Position numbers and translations under genes: made by a program. Shown here piece by piece: positions 48,241-62,782 of a stretch of DNA of 64,000 nucleotides. The notes under the pieces are model-generated. The model made no database searches, had not been told where the DNA came from, and saw only the letters and a program-made list of their open reading frames with translations. The stretch covers positions 17,670,001-17,734,000 of the forward strand of contig CM119386.1 of NCBI GenBank assembly GCA_051294905.1. Direction: 5' to 3'. Position 1 is the stretch's first letter, and each line of letters starts with the position of its first letter. Source of the DNA: Botryllus schlosseri (Eukaryota).

Positions 48241-50644
48241 GGTAATGGTTAACTCATAGGTTGTTTGTTTACTAATTTACCGACGCAAAATACTAAACTG
48301 TAGTATGCTAGGTGCTATCTGTATTATTAAATTTGCGGTGCATCGTGCACATAAGTTTACGCAGTCGTAACATTGCACACACATAATATTTGCAAGCAGC
48401 TTTGCGAACTATGTTGTACGTAGTATTTATAATTGTTTGCAAGCATGGGGTGAGTAGCAAAGCTGAAGCTGGGAGTATTCAAGTATGACTGTTGTTTGAA
48501 GAGACATTTGCAGGAACACAACTTCAGTATACAATAGAATAATATTATTTATATTGAAATGATCCCAAATATTTTCCACTGAAACTCGTCAGGGATAATC
48601 GCCAGCATCTGACAGACAATTGACAAAAGCATTGAGTCGGGTGTATGTCCTGACCTCCAACGAACGGTCCCTGAGAATGGCTCAGCGAACCCCCCTGGCT
48701 TCGTGTGAACCCCGGTGTAGAACCACTGATATATATTTTAGAGGCTGGCAGATACATTTGATTCCTTGTCACCTATTGGAACGGGCACCCAGAAGGTGCA
48801 GTTTACCCGGTTTGCACTGTATGCTGTATATGCTGCACTGTCGGCAGTGTTGACTGTCACATCTCGATCTTATATGAATAAATATAATCAGTAAACGAAA
48901 CTCCTCACCCTCGATTGAATGAGCTCCTCCGTCGCCTCTTCATTAGATCCCTTCGATCCTTTTCTCCGAAATCCATCCATCTTTCCGACGTTTCTCAAAT
49001 ATCGTTTATTACAAGTATCAAGATAATTCTAGTTGTATAATTAGACTAATTTCAGCGAGACCGGTAATCTAATTCTAATCTAACGTGTGAAAAGTTTCTA
49101 TGCTGTAATATTAATTCCTATCTAATTTTCGGTTTTCCTGAACATGCTACATGAGAACTACATATAGTGCGAAACGAGCCAAGCTCTGTGCCTGAGTACA
49201 TATATTTGGCATTTGTCATTCTCGTGCTTACGAGGATGAACTGTGATTTGATATGAGCTTAGCTTGACTTTTGCTGTATTTATTTATATTCCGGAATTCA
49301 ATTTAATATGAAACTTTTTGCTAATTCAGTAATTTTATTTCTAATCTATAGTTTGTAAGAAACCGTGTTATCATTCCAATTGTAATCTAATTTGGAAATG
49401 CTGAAGATTTTTTAGATGACCAACTCCGATTTAAAACCACCATCTGAAGTCCTGGATATTACGTAGCTTCACGATATGCACAAACCGACCTCTGGGATTC
49501 AGAGATCCTACTTACCTACGCGCTAGGAGTATCATAACTGATTCTACTTGGAAAAGTTTCTCTGTCGTCTCGTTCGTGAATTTAAAAATTCATGTTCTAT
49601 AGAATAAGCGCAGAGTATAATCAATTACGATACTCCCAGACGGGTAGATACAGAACAGTTCTACCACCTCATGTCATGTTTGTTTCCAATATGCTAGTAT
49701 ACCTTTTGATGATTTTATCAGGCGCGAGTCTCTGACTCCCCGTAATATGACAATAACTACATAACACAAACACCGTTAACTTGTCAACGCAGAACGCTAC
49801 TACATGCATACCAGACAGCGAAAAGATAACGATATGATTCCAGAATCAATGTGCAATATATTAGTCTCCGTTGCATGACCAATTGTAAACAGATGAAGTT
49901 TCACTATGATTCCCAAGTTAGCCTCATTGAGAAGACGATTTTTGTGGTATTAGGGGTATTTTCGGTACGCGTCTCAAATCGTTTCAATAATAATTACTCA
50001 AATTCGAGTATACTCCAATGATTATGACCAGCACTGTTGCCGATATGAACTACAGAACAATGTCATATCACAGGTGGTGGTGGTGGTGAGTGTGATATAA
50101 TCACTAAGTTGAATAAAATGCATAGAATAGTATATTTGTATGTTTTTGAATGATACGAGTTTTCCAGTATTGCATAACGCGGTGGCATAAACCCGACTCT
50201 GGACACCTTTGTTACGCTCACTTTTGGTCAAATTAAGCGGAGAAGCGACTTTATCCGAATTACGCGGGACATCAGTTGTTCGTTAAATTGTCATTGGTCA
50301 CGCGTCAAGGCAGACAGCGCATTGAAAATATTGTTATGTTGCAGCCCCGCTATACCGCATTAATTGTAACTGATCGCATAATACGCGCAAGATTCATACC
50401 TTCAGGTCAGTTGTATTGTACACTACAAGTACTGTATTTTGATACCAAACGATTCCATAGTAGAAATTAAGAGCAAAAACCTTTTAGCTATTCAGAAAAC
50501 ATTTCTGTACCAATCTGTCCTACAAGACGGACGCAATTGTACCGAAGTTAAAGCGTCGATAAGACTTTTATTAATTAAGCGGGGTCGAGTGTATAGTGAA
50601 AAGCATGGTACACTTTGTAATAAGGAAATCACCACCACATAGAT

Positions 50645-51165
50645 CAGGGGTCACCAACGCGGTGCCCGATGGCGCTAAGTCACCCGTAAGATCCAGATGA
50701 GTCGCCCTTAGTGGCACTAGCAAATATTCAAATGAGAGCTTTGTAGGTCGAATTAGAGAAGGGTTCCATGTGAACAGCGGTTAAACATAGGTCGGTCGAC
50801 CCAAAGAAACATGCGAAAGTAGTTTTCGATAAGGGGTGTTACTCGTCTTCGCTCTGCGGAAGTCGGAAAGAGAATATTGCTAATATTCCCGAGACTCGAC
50901 ACGGAGATTTGCTCTTTGGCGCATGGCGCGGCAACGCAAATGAACTTGGAGACGCAGGCGACCAGGCGTGCGTCCCGGGAATATTTATGTTTTCTACGCA
51001 TAAAGAGCGGAAACTATGTCCATTGCCCAGTGCTCAGATTGTCAAAATGAACATATTCAACCAACCACGAATAAACGGCGGGAGTAACTCGTATTCCGTT
51101 GCACCGTGTACACTAATCAGTACCCAAGATGTAGCTTTTGGTTTCCAACATGTTGGTAAGCCCTG
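50645..51165. mobile_element. Probable hAT MITE
   Basis: Ends CAGGGGTCACCAAC / GTTGGTAAGCCCTG. Internal similarity to ~32985-33180 and ~35150-35350. No TSD match. Confidence 0.5.
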
Positions 51166-52987
51166 ATATGGAGTAACAGTGCAGTGCTATTTTTACCGCT
51201 GTAACACCGATGGATCCCTTGCTCAATGCTCATATCCTACCGACGTCGACATCAGAATCCTCCCTATGTGTTGCAAGTTTGTCCAGGCTTCTCATTAGCG
51301 GCGTCTAACAAAACCCCGTCGTGCTTAAAGTTACGAATAGTCATATACAATTACATGCTGGGGCTAAACGATCATAAATGCGGATCGTGGAAACATTTAT
51401 GAGTACCAAACAACAACAATGTTATTGCTTCCAATCAGTAATAAAGTCCGCCAGTTACCAAGGGTGCCCCGGTCATAATGAGTCCAGTTCATTCACCTGC
51501 ATCTACGTATGCTTGAAGCAAATGGCAGTCAGAGGAGATGTTCTATAGTATAATTTGGCATAGCCAAAGTGTCAAGCATGTAGAATAGATACAGTTCGAC
51601 CCCTTGACAGTTTTGGCGTTATGCTTTCGCTTGGCACACTCAAACGATTCCGGGTCTTGCAATATCGTTTCAGAATTTGTTATTGTTCTATAATGCAATC
51701 CTTTACGGAGTATTGTATATACAATGTACTGTACACTCTTAGGGCTATGTAAACTCGCTCAAGAATACGAGCCATTGTCTTCCTGAAAAGAGAGCTCTCA
51801 TACGATAAGGGGAGATCCATCTCCAGATACATATAGCCTATTCTGCAACGCGGTTGAATCAATAGTTTAGGATGACCGATGTCTGGTGTATTGTATTGTA
51901 CATTGTGTGTCTTGAACGCATGGAAATGATTATAATTCGCTGCATATAGCTGAGTGATTGATGGATTTGATTGATTGACGACCTACAGTATAGGTGTGGA
52001 ATGGTAACTGATGTCAAAATGCTATACTTCTTGATCGACCAAATATCGCAGGGTTAACGGGAATTAAACGAGAAACATGACGAGCCAAGTTCACCTGGTT
52101 CTTAATGCAGAGGTGAGTAGTAACGTAGTACTACATTTTTGAGTACTGAAGCGTAGCTTTTGTCTATTCGCATGAGTAACTCAATTGGTCATTGTCACAC
52201 GACTGTTTCCACGACTGTTTCGAAGTCGAAGTGCCTATTGTGTACGTTTAGTATTTGCCATGTACAGAGTGGTTTTGTGTGGATTTTATCATCCTTTTAA
52301 TTCGCAGGGCTGAGTCCTTGGACAGTGGTCGCAGATTATCGAAATGACTCTGATTTGTAGTTCAAGTAGCCCGATCAACCGTGCATCACTATGAGGCCAC
52401 TATAGTTTGATGTTGCGCTCTGCTGGACGCGACAAATCAATTGCACGTAACCCGATCACCATCAAAGCTCTGGCACCAATCTCAGCGACCTCTGACTACG
52501 AATAAAGACTTGCTGAATTCTAATCTTGAGAACGGCGTCACATCAAGACAAGAGACCTGAGTTACAGACACTAACTGCCTTTCCTCTACCTGACTGAATT
52601 TGTGGAAGACGATCGCCTTGATATTACGGCACAACCCAATACGTGCCCACTGCCCATCCTCTCGGAATTGCGCCAACACTATAGTGTGCAAAAGCCAAGC
52701 ATTGTACTGGGGTTATAGGTCGCCACACCCTCACTTATCATTGGATAATACAGTGTCGCAACGCTCGGCATCTGATACTTCGTTTACGGTGGTGTGTGCG
52801 TGGGGTGAGGGGAGGTAAACTCTTGATTAACATAAGGAATCACGGGACAGGAATGACAATCGTGGCGTGAATTTTATACAAGGAGGACTGTTATGCTGTT
52901 CATGCATTTACGGTGGTGTCGTTTGTATCTTGTTTGTATAGGACTAAATAATTAGTGCTATTATTTCCCTGTGTTTTGCGTTGTATT

Positions 52988-53892
52988 TAGGGTTGCATTT
53001 AAAATAGGGTTACCATATCCTGGAAATCTAAAAAGAGGACACTCTTTCAGAATTGTCAGATTTGCAAAACCGGAGGAGAATTCTCAATGCCCAAAACACA
53101 GTTTTTTCCATCACATTGTCGGGTGGTTGACTAAAAAAAAATAAAAAATAAGGTCAACTTTCCGCTCAGCTCCTGAAATACACGCCGGAACGTCACTTCG
53201 CTGCTGATTTATGGCATCTCAGTCGGATTTTGCTATACATATGACCAAAATTCTCACAAAAGAGGACAAAATCTCAAAAAAGAGGACAAAAGGGCGTCCT
53301 CTGAGGACACTTTCAAAAAAGTAATAAAAGAGGACAAATCCTCTTATAAAAGAGGACGTATGGTAACCCTAATTTAAAAACAAAAATCAATTTTAAACAA
53401 GCGTGTCTAAAGCATTGCCCTTGTTTAAAACATGTTTTATTGTGGTTTGTTAGCTATGACGTCACGAATCTTTGATTGTGGCGTCACAGTTGATTGACAT
53501 TGACGATTGAAAATATAGGGTAAAAATGGCTCCTTTGACGAAAACGGCTTCCGAACCCTGTACTAAACGGACCAAAAATATAGCTAACCAGGACTATACA
53601 TCGTTATGCAGCCTTTTTACGGACCGCGGCCGATATATCTACGTGCTATAACTGTTCAACCGACGACGATTTCGAAGGTCCTAACCATGAAATTTCGTCT
53701 AAATCGACTATAGCGGATGCAAATCGTCCGTAGACTCCTACTACATGTTTCTTCGAAAGTTATTGCGTAATTATGGCACAATTATGCAACGTTAGTAAAA
53801 AATCATTTGTTTTAAAAGGCATTTAAAAAAACACTTTTAAACATGCTATAAACAAGTGTTTTAAAACACCATTTGTTTTAAATGCAACCCTA
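52988..53892. mobile_element. hAT MITE containing a nested hAT MITE at 53005-53371
   Basis: Host TIRs TAGGGTTGCATTTAAAA / TTTTAAATGCAACCCTA with TSD GTTGTATT / ATTGCATT. The insert has a perfect 8-bp TSD ATTTAAAA. Confidence 0.85.
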
Positions 53893-56487
53893 ATTGCATT
53901 TATACCCTGTGTTCTGTGAACTCCTCGTCTTTTGCCAACTGCACTCTGGATAGTTATCGCCTGTCTTATAGTAATTCTGCTGACTAAATACGTTAGTTTC
54001 ATGTTGGAAGTACGTCTTGTATGTTTACTGTTCTATGCAAAGACCTATAACGTAACATTTCCAGGTACAGGCAAGAAGTCATTAAATGCACTTCGGCTCC
54101 GTCCTTATGTAATGTCTTATAAACCCGGCACGTGACATTGCCTTGAAGTTGAAACTACCTTACTATCGCGCTAGCTGTCGATTGTTCAGGTTAACGTGAC
54201 CTGTCATATGTCCTCTGTTAGGGCGATTCGTCCTCTATTTTAAAGAAAAGTGAATGGTCGTCCGTGGACGCTTAAATATCCTCTTTTACGCATTTCGAGT
54301 TTATTGCGTTTACTTTGAAACGGACTTTTACTCGAGACGTTGTATTTATTTCCAGAAAATAGTGTGGAAATGAAGCATGATGAATTACTGCTTAAAAGTA
54401 TTTCCGACAACTTATACCCTACCAGTTCTATACCCTTTGGTTGTCATTGCATACATCTGGGACTCTTTACATGCGAGGATCTGTCGTAATTTGTTTGGAG
54501 CAAGTTTTTTTTTGTAACTTTGCTTTCCTTTGGATTTGTAACTTTTGCGTCCAACTATCAAGGAAATGTATAACATCGTCAAACTCAAACGTAACAATTC
54601 TACTTTCGTTTTATTCAGCCAGCAACAAAATGTTCTCTTTCTGGGTGTTGAAAATATGGTAGGCCCAGAGTTTATATATGGCAGTGATATTCCTTCAGCG
54701 ATTTGTATTCTTATCACGCATATGGAAGGGCTACTTTTCGGAGTGTTTATAGAGCGTTGGAAGGTCGGTTACGTGACCGTGCTTGGTCATTTCGATAGCC
54801 TCCTCTGTTGAATTCACGGCATTGTGTTTTGTGGATCGCATTTTACATTGTGTCTCTCGAGCGGATAAAAGTAATAGAACCGCTCAATATCACCTGTCCT
54901 AATGGAACAATGTCAAACTCTCTGTTGCGTGTTAAATGATTTTGCGCACCCCAACAGGCAGTTTATTACCTTATTACTATTAAACACCACACCAATACTA
55001 TTGTTGTTGAAATGTATTAAGAATAAACGATAGATGTACAGTTATATGAAGTACTCAAATAGGAACAAATAAAAACATTTGTCAGAAGTAGCTAACAGCT
55101 AACTGCAACTTCCGATGGATATTATGCTGCATTTCATGTAGATAAGCGTTCGATAGGTAGAAATATATTGATGCAGGGCTCGATGAATACGAAACGGACA
55201 ATAAATAGTGTAACAGTGTGGATGAATAGTCTTAGCAACAAGTCTTAGCGAAGTCAGGAGTCGGGCTACCACATGTAATACCGATAGTGTGCTGATGGAT
55301 TTACTATCTCGAATATGGGTTTATAAATATCATGGCAGATGATCGAAAAGACCTACACACATAATATCGAGTCGACATCATACTTTGAAAGGGAGATCTG
55401 TATCAGCCATTAGAGGTAAAAAAAAAATCGAAAATTTTCATGACATCACAGCATGCTAGTAGGGAGGGAGAGAGAACTATAATCTGCGACTATGGGACTA
55501 GACTGGGAATATTGATCTCTTTCTTACAGCTTACCGGCGGTCATTCTATAGTTTATTTCATGTCCAATCATAGCAATGGACATAAAGATCCACAAAAATG
55601 ACAAGTATTTTGAATATCGGCTGAATATATCAGGGTTATCGGTGTTAATTAGGTTATAGGCCGGACTCTTATATCAACTAGGACATTGGACAGGCTTGTA
55701 CATCGTTGCAGATGTGAAACCAATCTTGTTTAATGGATGCCAACACTTGATATGATATACACGAAATATAATTGGATTCAGACGAACAACATGGAACAAT
55801 TACAGATCTTTATAATGAGGCCCGTATAAATGTTGCCGCCAGTGCATGAGCAAGTACGAAAAATCATATAAACCTCTCTGCGTCGAAACATTTCTACTCA
55901 TTCAAGGAGAAATACTATCTTGAAACACATGTTGATAACCACACGCAATTGCAACGACAGTGGTAGTAGTCGAAATTGTACTATAATGCAGTATACATAC
56001 AGTGGCAGCTGAAACCAAGCACTGTATGGATACATTTCGGGCATACGCTTGTTAATGTATAAGGAGGGGTGGTCAAAGTTGTCATCATTAGTGCACTCAA
56101 GTAGAAGTAGACGAAACGTATTAAATGCCTACTCAAGTACAGCTAGATGTGAGATTTCCAGGTAAATAAAATAGTAAGTGAGTCTAGGCCTGGTTTTACC
56201 TACAAAGCTTTTAAAAAAGGAACGGTTTTTACTATAATGGCATTTGCTTACAATACTGTTTAAAACTTTTTTAAAACACATGTTGTTTTAAATGCAGCCC
56301 TGTCTCCGGTTATCAAGATCAACATAAGCGAATAGGCTTCATCAGAAGCACCACGCCTAAACTCCAAATCTCTATACCAGCAGTTCAAATGTGTACTAGT
56401 GTACAGTGCAGTGTACAGTACATAGCACCCGGCCATTCTCATGGCTTGCATCAAGTCCGCCAACTTCAGGCGTGACCACCTTCTTTC

Positions 56488-57756
56488 TCATACTTTATGT
56501 TGCAAAGAATACTTAATATTGTTCCACCCGTGGTTGATAGATTTCACCCACAAGTACCTCTCCTCTGGGCTGTCCCCATTTTCAAAGTGAGACTCGTAGC
56601 CCCTTGAGTATGGGGGCGGAGGGTCGCGCGGTATGGACCTTTGGTTGGTGTATTTGTAACCCGAAAACTTTCTCCGGTATATACACACTGTCAGAGCTAC
56701 CGAGATCAATATAGCGACCGCGACAATCGCCGCTATGGCGCCGGTCGGAATGTTTGAGTGGCCGCCCGTGGCTGGCGATTTTACGACTCTGTCGCAGCCC
56801 AAAAAGTCTTCTTTGAAGCTGTCGTGCGCTTCTAAGACTTGCAGCTTTCGCGAGTGAAACTTCCAGTACTTGTTACCTTTCACAAAGTACGTTTCGTTGT
56901 CGCCTGTGTAGCAGAAGGATATCGCTTTGGTACTAGATAATTGTATTGTTTAATTACAGACTAATTAAACCGAAATGCCGGTAATCTAATTGTAATCTAA
57001 TTGCGAAATGTTTCTATGCGCTAATAATAATTCTAACCTAACGTATGCTTTTTTCCTGAAAATGCTACATGAGAATATTATAGTGCGAAACGAGTCAAGC
57101 TCGGTGTACACTGTACACTTGTACACATGCACAGACATTCCCAATCTCGTGTTTATGAAAATCAACTCTTGATCTGATAAGGAGTGAACTTGATTTTTTA
57201 CTGTATTTCTTTTCTGAGTCAGAATTTAATTCAATTTCCAAGTTTTCGCGAGATCAGCAATTCTAATTCAATCTAATTTAGAAGCTGTGTATCTATATTT
57301 CTACCTCTAATCTAAATTGGAAAAGCTGGAATTTTTCTCAGTTGCTGAACTACTGGTAAATTGTACGCGTGCACGGCCCTGTACTTCCACCTAGCGGTTA
57401 ATGTTTTTGATCGACAGTGAAATAGCACATTCTTACCATGGCTACTAGTAGGGCTGAGCACAATGATTCGAGTACTCGAATGCGAATCAAGTATTGATTA
57501 TAAGGATTGAAGTCGAATAGTAAGAGATGGATATTTTTGAGTACTGAAATTATAGGCTCCTTAACACTAAGAGTTAATTTATTAAATAGAATTACGGTTT
57601 AGTTATACCGACCGACAGAAACAGTATTATTCCCACCTGATTTTCCAACACCCATAAACGCAGCGTCGAGGTCGCCGGGAATATCCTTCCAGATATCCAT
57701 TTCTTTCGGGAATCCCCAATCGGCCCGGCTGTTCTCCATTCTCCAATATCGATGCC
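56488..57756 (-). CDS. Last two exons of a hemopexin-domain type I membrane protein, probably a membrane-type matrix metalloproteinase
   Basis: Exons 57637-57756 and 56488-56903 (phase 1) read HRYWRMENSRADWGFPKEMDIWKDIPGDLDAAFMGVGKSGDNETYFVKGNKYWKF...FLGC, a linker, the TM segment AIAAIVAVAILISVALTVCIY, and a tail ending LQHKV*. The catalytic domain is not seen in the window. Confidence 0.8.
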
Positions 57757-60700
57757 CTGTGACGAGAGACACGCATGAAATGTTTGCATCGATAGCACTT
57801 CAATATACCTGTGCATAATATATTCATATTGAAATAAACCCGAATATTTTCGGCTGGAACTCGTCATGGCTAATAGTCCGCAACTACTAGAAAATTGGAA
57901 AGAACATTGTATACCACTGTGTATTTGTATGACTGTAAACTATTCCGTGACAGCTATGGCCGGCTAAGAAAATCCTAAACTATTGTAATTGAAACTTTGC
58001 TAAACATAGTTAAGCAAACCTGGTGTAAAGTTTATAATAATATACTTCCTAACCAAAACAGAGATGATCACTGTTTAGTGGTTAGGTAAAACATATTGAC
58101 AAATGGATTGAATCAACGTAAGTAATAATGCGGTTTGGTGTCGTATGTCAGCACTAGAGTAACTTCCTGTTGAAAACGAGCCCGTGTCGGAATTCATTAT
58201 TCATCATAATTCGCATCACCAAGATGGTATCAATCCTTGTTACCATTACTATGGAATCAATAACTCAGTCTAAACAGCAACACAATTACCAACGCTAAGT
58301 CGCTTAGTGGAGATTCGTATTTCACCCTAATTGAGCAATTTTGCGAATCAACAAGATTAGCACCCGCACCCTTACACCGCCAGCAGAGTGTTCGACAACT
58401 AAACAATTTTTAGCTTTTGCAAATCTGATTAGCATTTTAGAATTATAGGCACACAGTTTTTTCTCAAATTAGTATTACTGAAATCGCAAAAACTTGGAAA
58501 TTGAATTTCTTTCAGAATTAAAAAGAATTAAGAATAGAGCATAGAAAGATTCCGCAAAGTTAAAATAAAGCTCGCATCGTATTCATAGTATCGTGGCCCC
58601 GATAGTATCTTCGGCAATGTAACCTTTCGATGATTTGTCAATCGGAAGCCAAAAACGCATGACTAAATCACGGAACATCTCCCAAAAGCAAGCCGCTGCC
58701 TTTATTAGTCCACGAGCCATCAATGACATAGCGCAAAGACACCGGTTTCCTCCGTGATTGCAATTTAAATCACCGACAATGTCCTGAAAACGGGACCAAA
58801 ATACACGCCGAGATAACCTGATGGGGTAAAATTAGAAAAACATGTCTAGACATAGTAAAGATTCCCATATTCTGCAGGCTTCATATTGCTGGGAAATTAA
58901 TTATTATCAGGACTGCGTCGCCTTGCCGGCTTCGTTTCAGAATCAAACCTTTCTCTCTAAAAAAATGACTGCTTTTTATGCGACCACAAATACTATAATG
59001 CCAGTTCCGGTTCCACATCACATTGAAGATAATTTGTTTTTTTTTCGACTATATATATTTCATTGCAATTTGTGACTATTCTGTGTGTTGATCACGACTC
59101 CACAGACATGTCATTTCCACTAACGTACGTAGCTTTGTACTACATTAAATGTGTATGCTGTGATATGGTCAAGGCTTCCAGGTGGGAATATAGCATAATA
59201 TGGCAACGCTGTGTACTTTGACCACCTCTGACGATATCATTACGTATTTGGTCTGCGTGCTGGTTGAGAACCAGCAATAACCCTCCCGAGATATATGCGA
59301 AGAGTCAAAACAGTTCGTAAGCAAATGCCTTTTGCAACAAAACCAACACAGCTAGTCACGAAAGCGGTCTACGGCATCCTGTATTGCATTGACGAATATC
59401 AATTATATCAGCGCGCGATTTCCCTTGGGATGGACTACGTCATTGCGGGTCGCAAAATAGGCTGATCCGATGGCTGAGTTTAATGCCTTTGCCGATGCAG
59501 AAACGAATGCCTGTTTTCGATATAGAAGTGGCTGGTGCTGAGTGCAAACTTGAGGTAAATATGTTTGTGTTTACGAACTTTTATCACGCATTGCATTGTA
59601 AGTTTTGTCGAAGCGGAGTGTATTGGAGTTTTTAATCCGTCCATTCGTTTTAAGACAGCCAGTCTCGTGTTGTTCTGAACTATAGAACAGGGGTTCTTAA
59701 TCATTAAAACCCGCCGAATCTCAAATTCTCGCCTAGTCATAAAACAGAAATATACCCCACAATACACATTAATACATTGCTATAGAATACGAACGACACT
59801 GCAAATCGGTGCGATTTTCGAGAATATATTCAGTTACCGTGACACAGGGGTCGCAATATGACTTATGTATTCTTTATTGAAAGATCCAGATCCCATATTA
59901 TACTTTATACGCCCGTTTCTGGTCATCTGGTTTCAAGCATTGCCGATTCAGTGGATACAGCCCATAAAATCGCGGTGTACACTCCATCTTTGTTCAATCG
60001 ATTATTTCAATCATGACGCAACTAATTTACAATTGCATGGTTACAAATGCAGTGAGATCAATGTTACCCCCAATGACATCAATTAACATATCTGGATGTG
60101 CAGCTGTATTGTTAGTTAAGTGTCATTTTTGCGGTGTAGCAGATGTTCGCCACCAACATATCGTCAGGCATACTTTGGAAACAGTCCATGGACTCAAAAG
60201 TACCGCAAAGGAATCGTGCGTAACATCTCTGGACGAGATACTATAAACAGTATTGACACGAATCCATGAGTCAACCGGTGGTACACCGACATTATCAATT
60301 CGTTATTACCGCCCCGAAAGAGTTCGTCGATGTTACTCGTGTTTTAGCGGATTACGTAATACCTGGAAAAGTAATCTTCAGCACACATTTCCGCGTGTAA
60401 ATGGATATCATAATCGGAAAGGCAAATTGAACGTAAGAAGTCTACGGACGGGGAAAATGAACTGTGACTGAACGGCCATCATTGCGACTATTATCTAACT
60501 AAATCACCTATGAGATAATTGAGTATCGAATTCAACTGTAGTTACTTCAAGTATAATTATGTTGTGGTCAGAGGCATGGTCCGTCTAGAGTTGAAAAACT
60601 GGAAAAATCAATAACTTTTCCCAATTAGATTAGAATTACAAATATATACTCGAATTATTATTACTGAATTAGGAAGTTGAATTAAATTTCAAATTAGAAA

Positions 60701-62614
60701 TAAATAAAACGAAGGTTAAGCTCAGTACCTATCAAACCTGAGTTCATTATCATAAGCATGTGACTGGCAAATGTGGGTACGCCGAGATTGGCTCGTTCTG
60801 CACCATACGGTTCTCCTGTGGCATTTTCGCAGGGAAACCAGAAACGAGATTGGAATTGAAGCCATAGCATTTGAGAACGATTTACCAAATTAGATTAGAA
60901 TTAAATTGCTGGCATTTCTCTCTAATTAGTCGAATTAGACAACTAGAATTATCTGACTGATGGGTACGACCTTAGACACACAACGGTTTCTGGCTATACA
61001 CGGGCATTGCAATACTGTAGAATTCACAGCCGGTCCATTACGTGTCTGGGCGTATGCTAAGGAGATGCAGCGACGTTGTTGATACTTTGAACAGCTAGCT
61101 GCGATTGCAATATTGCGTTTCAACTATATGGATTACAAGACGTATTGTGCGCTGTCATTTCCTGATTGAAGTCACCTGAGTTTCGGTCAGCTCAACGTTA
61201 GGATTCCTATATCCTAACGTGGCCTAAAAGCTTAATTGCGGGATCTCAATTCATGTTCACCATGCTGATGCTACGTAGGCAGAAAGAGCTTTCATATTGC
61301 AGGCCATGAGGCCAGATTCATCAATGATTTATCATCACGGTTAAAGCGTTGCGAACATCCAGAAACAGTGATAATAAACTGCTTTTAGCGTATAATCCAT
61401 GCGCTAAATGATCTAAATGTCAGTAATCTAATTTCTGGTCTCCTGAAATGCTACAGGAAAACTGTATATGAACAGCTTCGTGGATGTACCAAACTTCAAT
61501 ATACGATTGAAAACTGTATAGTGCGAAACAAGCCAAGCTCGTTATACAGACATTTTCCTCTCTCATGAGATTGAGACGCATTTCCAATTCGATCCGAATA
61601 ATCTAGGTTGGTTCACCGGGCTGACACTATAGTGATATCCAAACCCAGGATAACGAATGCAATGCTCGTGATGCATTGTTTTGAAATTTCAAACAATCTT
61701 TGATGGTCAAAGAAGCTGGTACCTTTGTGCCTGTCGTGTGTAGAAAGGTAGATTGTAAACAAAGAAATACTAAATTACAAAAAAAAGATATTTGGCTGCG
61801 ATAAAGGTCGTAATTTATTTTTCTTGTTAGAATTGCTACCTAAAATTACAGCGCCGTAAACTCGGCATCATACAGCCACCGATGAAATAGGATCTTCTTT
61901 TACACAACCGTTTGAGATTAGACAGACATCACCGGCGCCTATTTATCAGATAAGGACGCTGTATTCTTTTCGTAAAACCATTAGCGTTTAAAAGTATCGA
62001 TTTACAGCATTATCATAAACACAACTCAGTTATTACGTTGATGAATGCCCGTTTAGATGACGAATGCTAATGACCGCTATTTCAGCACCACAGGGTGTCG
62101 GCAACGATGTTCAAACCTGGGTAGGATATCACATATAAAGATGTAATAAGAAATTTGTGAAGATCTTCTTGGAGGTATAGAACCTCAATATACAATTGAA
62201 TAGTATATTCATATTGAAATAAACTCGAATATGTCAGCATCTAGCGAAGGTAAACTTGGTAGATTTCAACGCCATAACATACTGACACCGCTTACGCAAA
62301 GAGATTTCATAAACAGGAGCAAATTGAGCCATCAACCAGAGGTGATTGTCAAAATAGTCATTGTTGATACTCAAGTAGAAGTAGAAATAACTTCGTAAGT
62401 TTCTAGTCAGGTACAAGTAGAATTAGTGATGCTTTCCAAGTAAGTATTCTAGGCCTATAGTTTTTTCTGTAAACAGAAAAGTGTGTCAGATAGAAGTAGA
62501 AGTAGTCAAAGGTCATAACCAAGTGAGTAAAAGTATTGTTGTTTGTGGTATTCATTGTGTTGTCGACTACTATAGTCATTTACACCAGGCCAAGTTTCTT
62601 CATTTTTATTTCGT

Positions 62615-62782
62615 AGATGCCGACTTGTAGCATGGCCCACTTCTAGGCTTTTATAAGACACCGCTTACACGAATGAGCCGGCGAGGAGGAGCCTAAGTAA
62701 ACCTCCAACACTGAAGCGGACTCGAACCCGCAGCCCGTTGTCGCAGCGGTGGATTATACCACTACTGCTACGCTATCTCGCC
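62615..62782 (-). mobile_element. tRNA-derived SINE
   Basis: The minus strand has an A-box-like TAGCGTAGCAGTAG and a B box GGTTCGAGTCC (62718-62728), followed by a non-tRNA body. No acceptor stem forms. The 3' end is approximate. Confidence 0.7.

Noticed and set aside
49140-49200. Hammerhead in the ATAGTGCGAAACGAGCCAAGCTC repeat family
   Set aside because: GAAAC and a possible stem III are present, but no conserved CUGAnGA occurs in any copy.
56904-56932. Upstream acceptor for the last hemopexin exon
   Set aside because: It gives phase 2, which is incompatible with the phase-1 preceding exon. The acceptor at 56903 fits.
62700-62782. Functional tRNA gene
   Set aside because: A and B boxes are present but no cloverleaf or acceptor stem forms, so it fits a SINE head.
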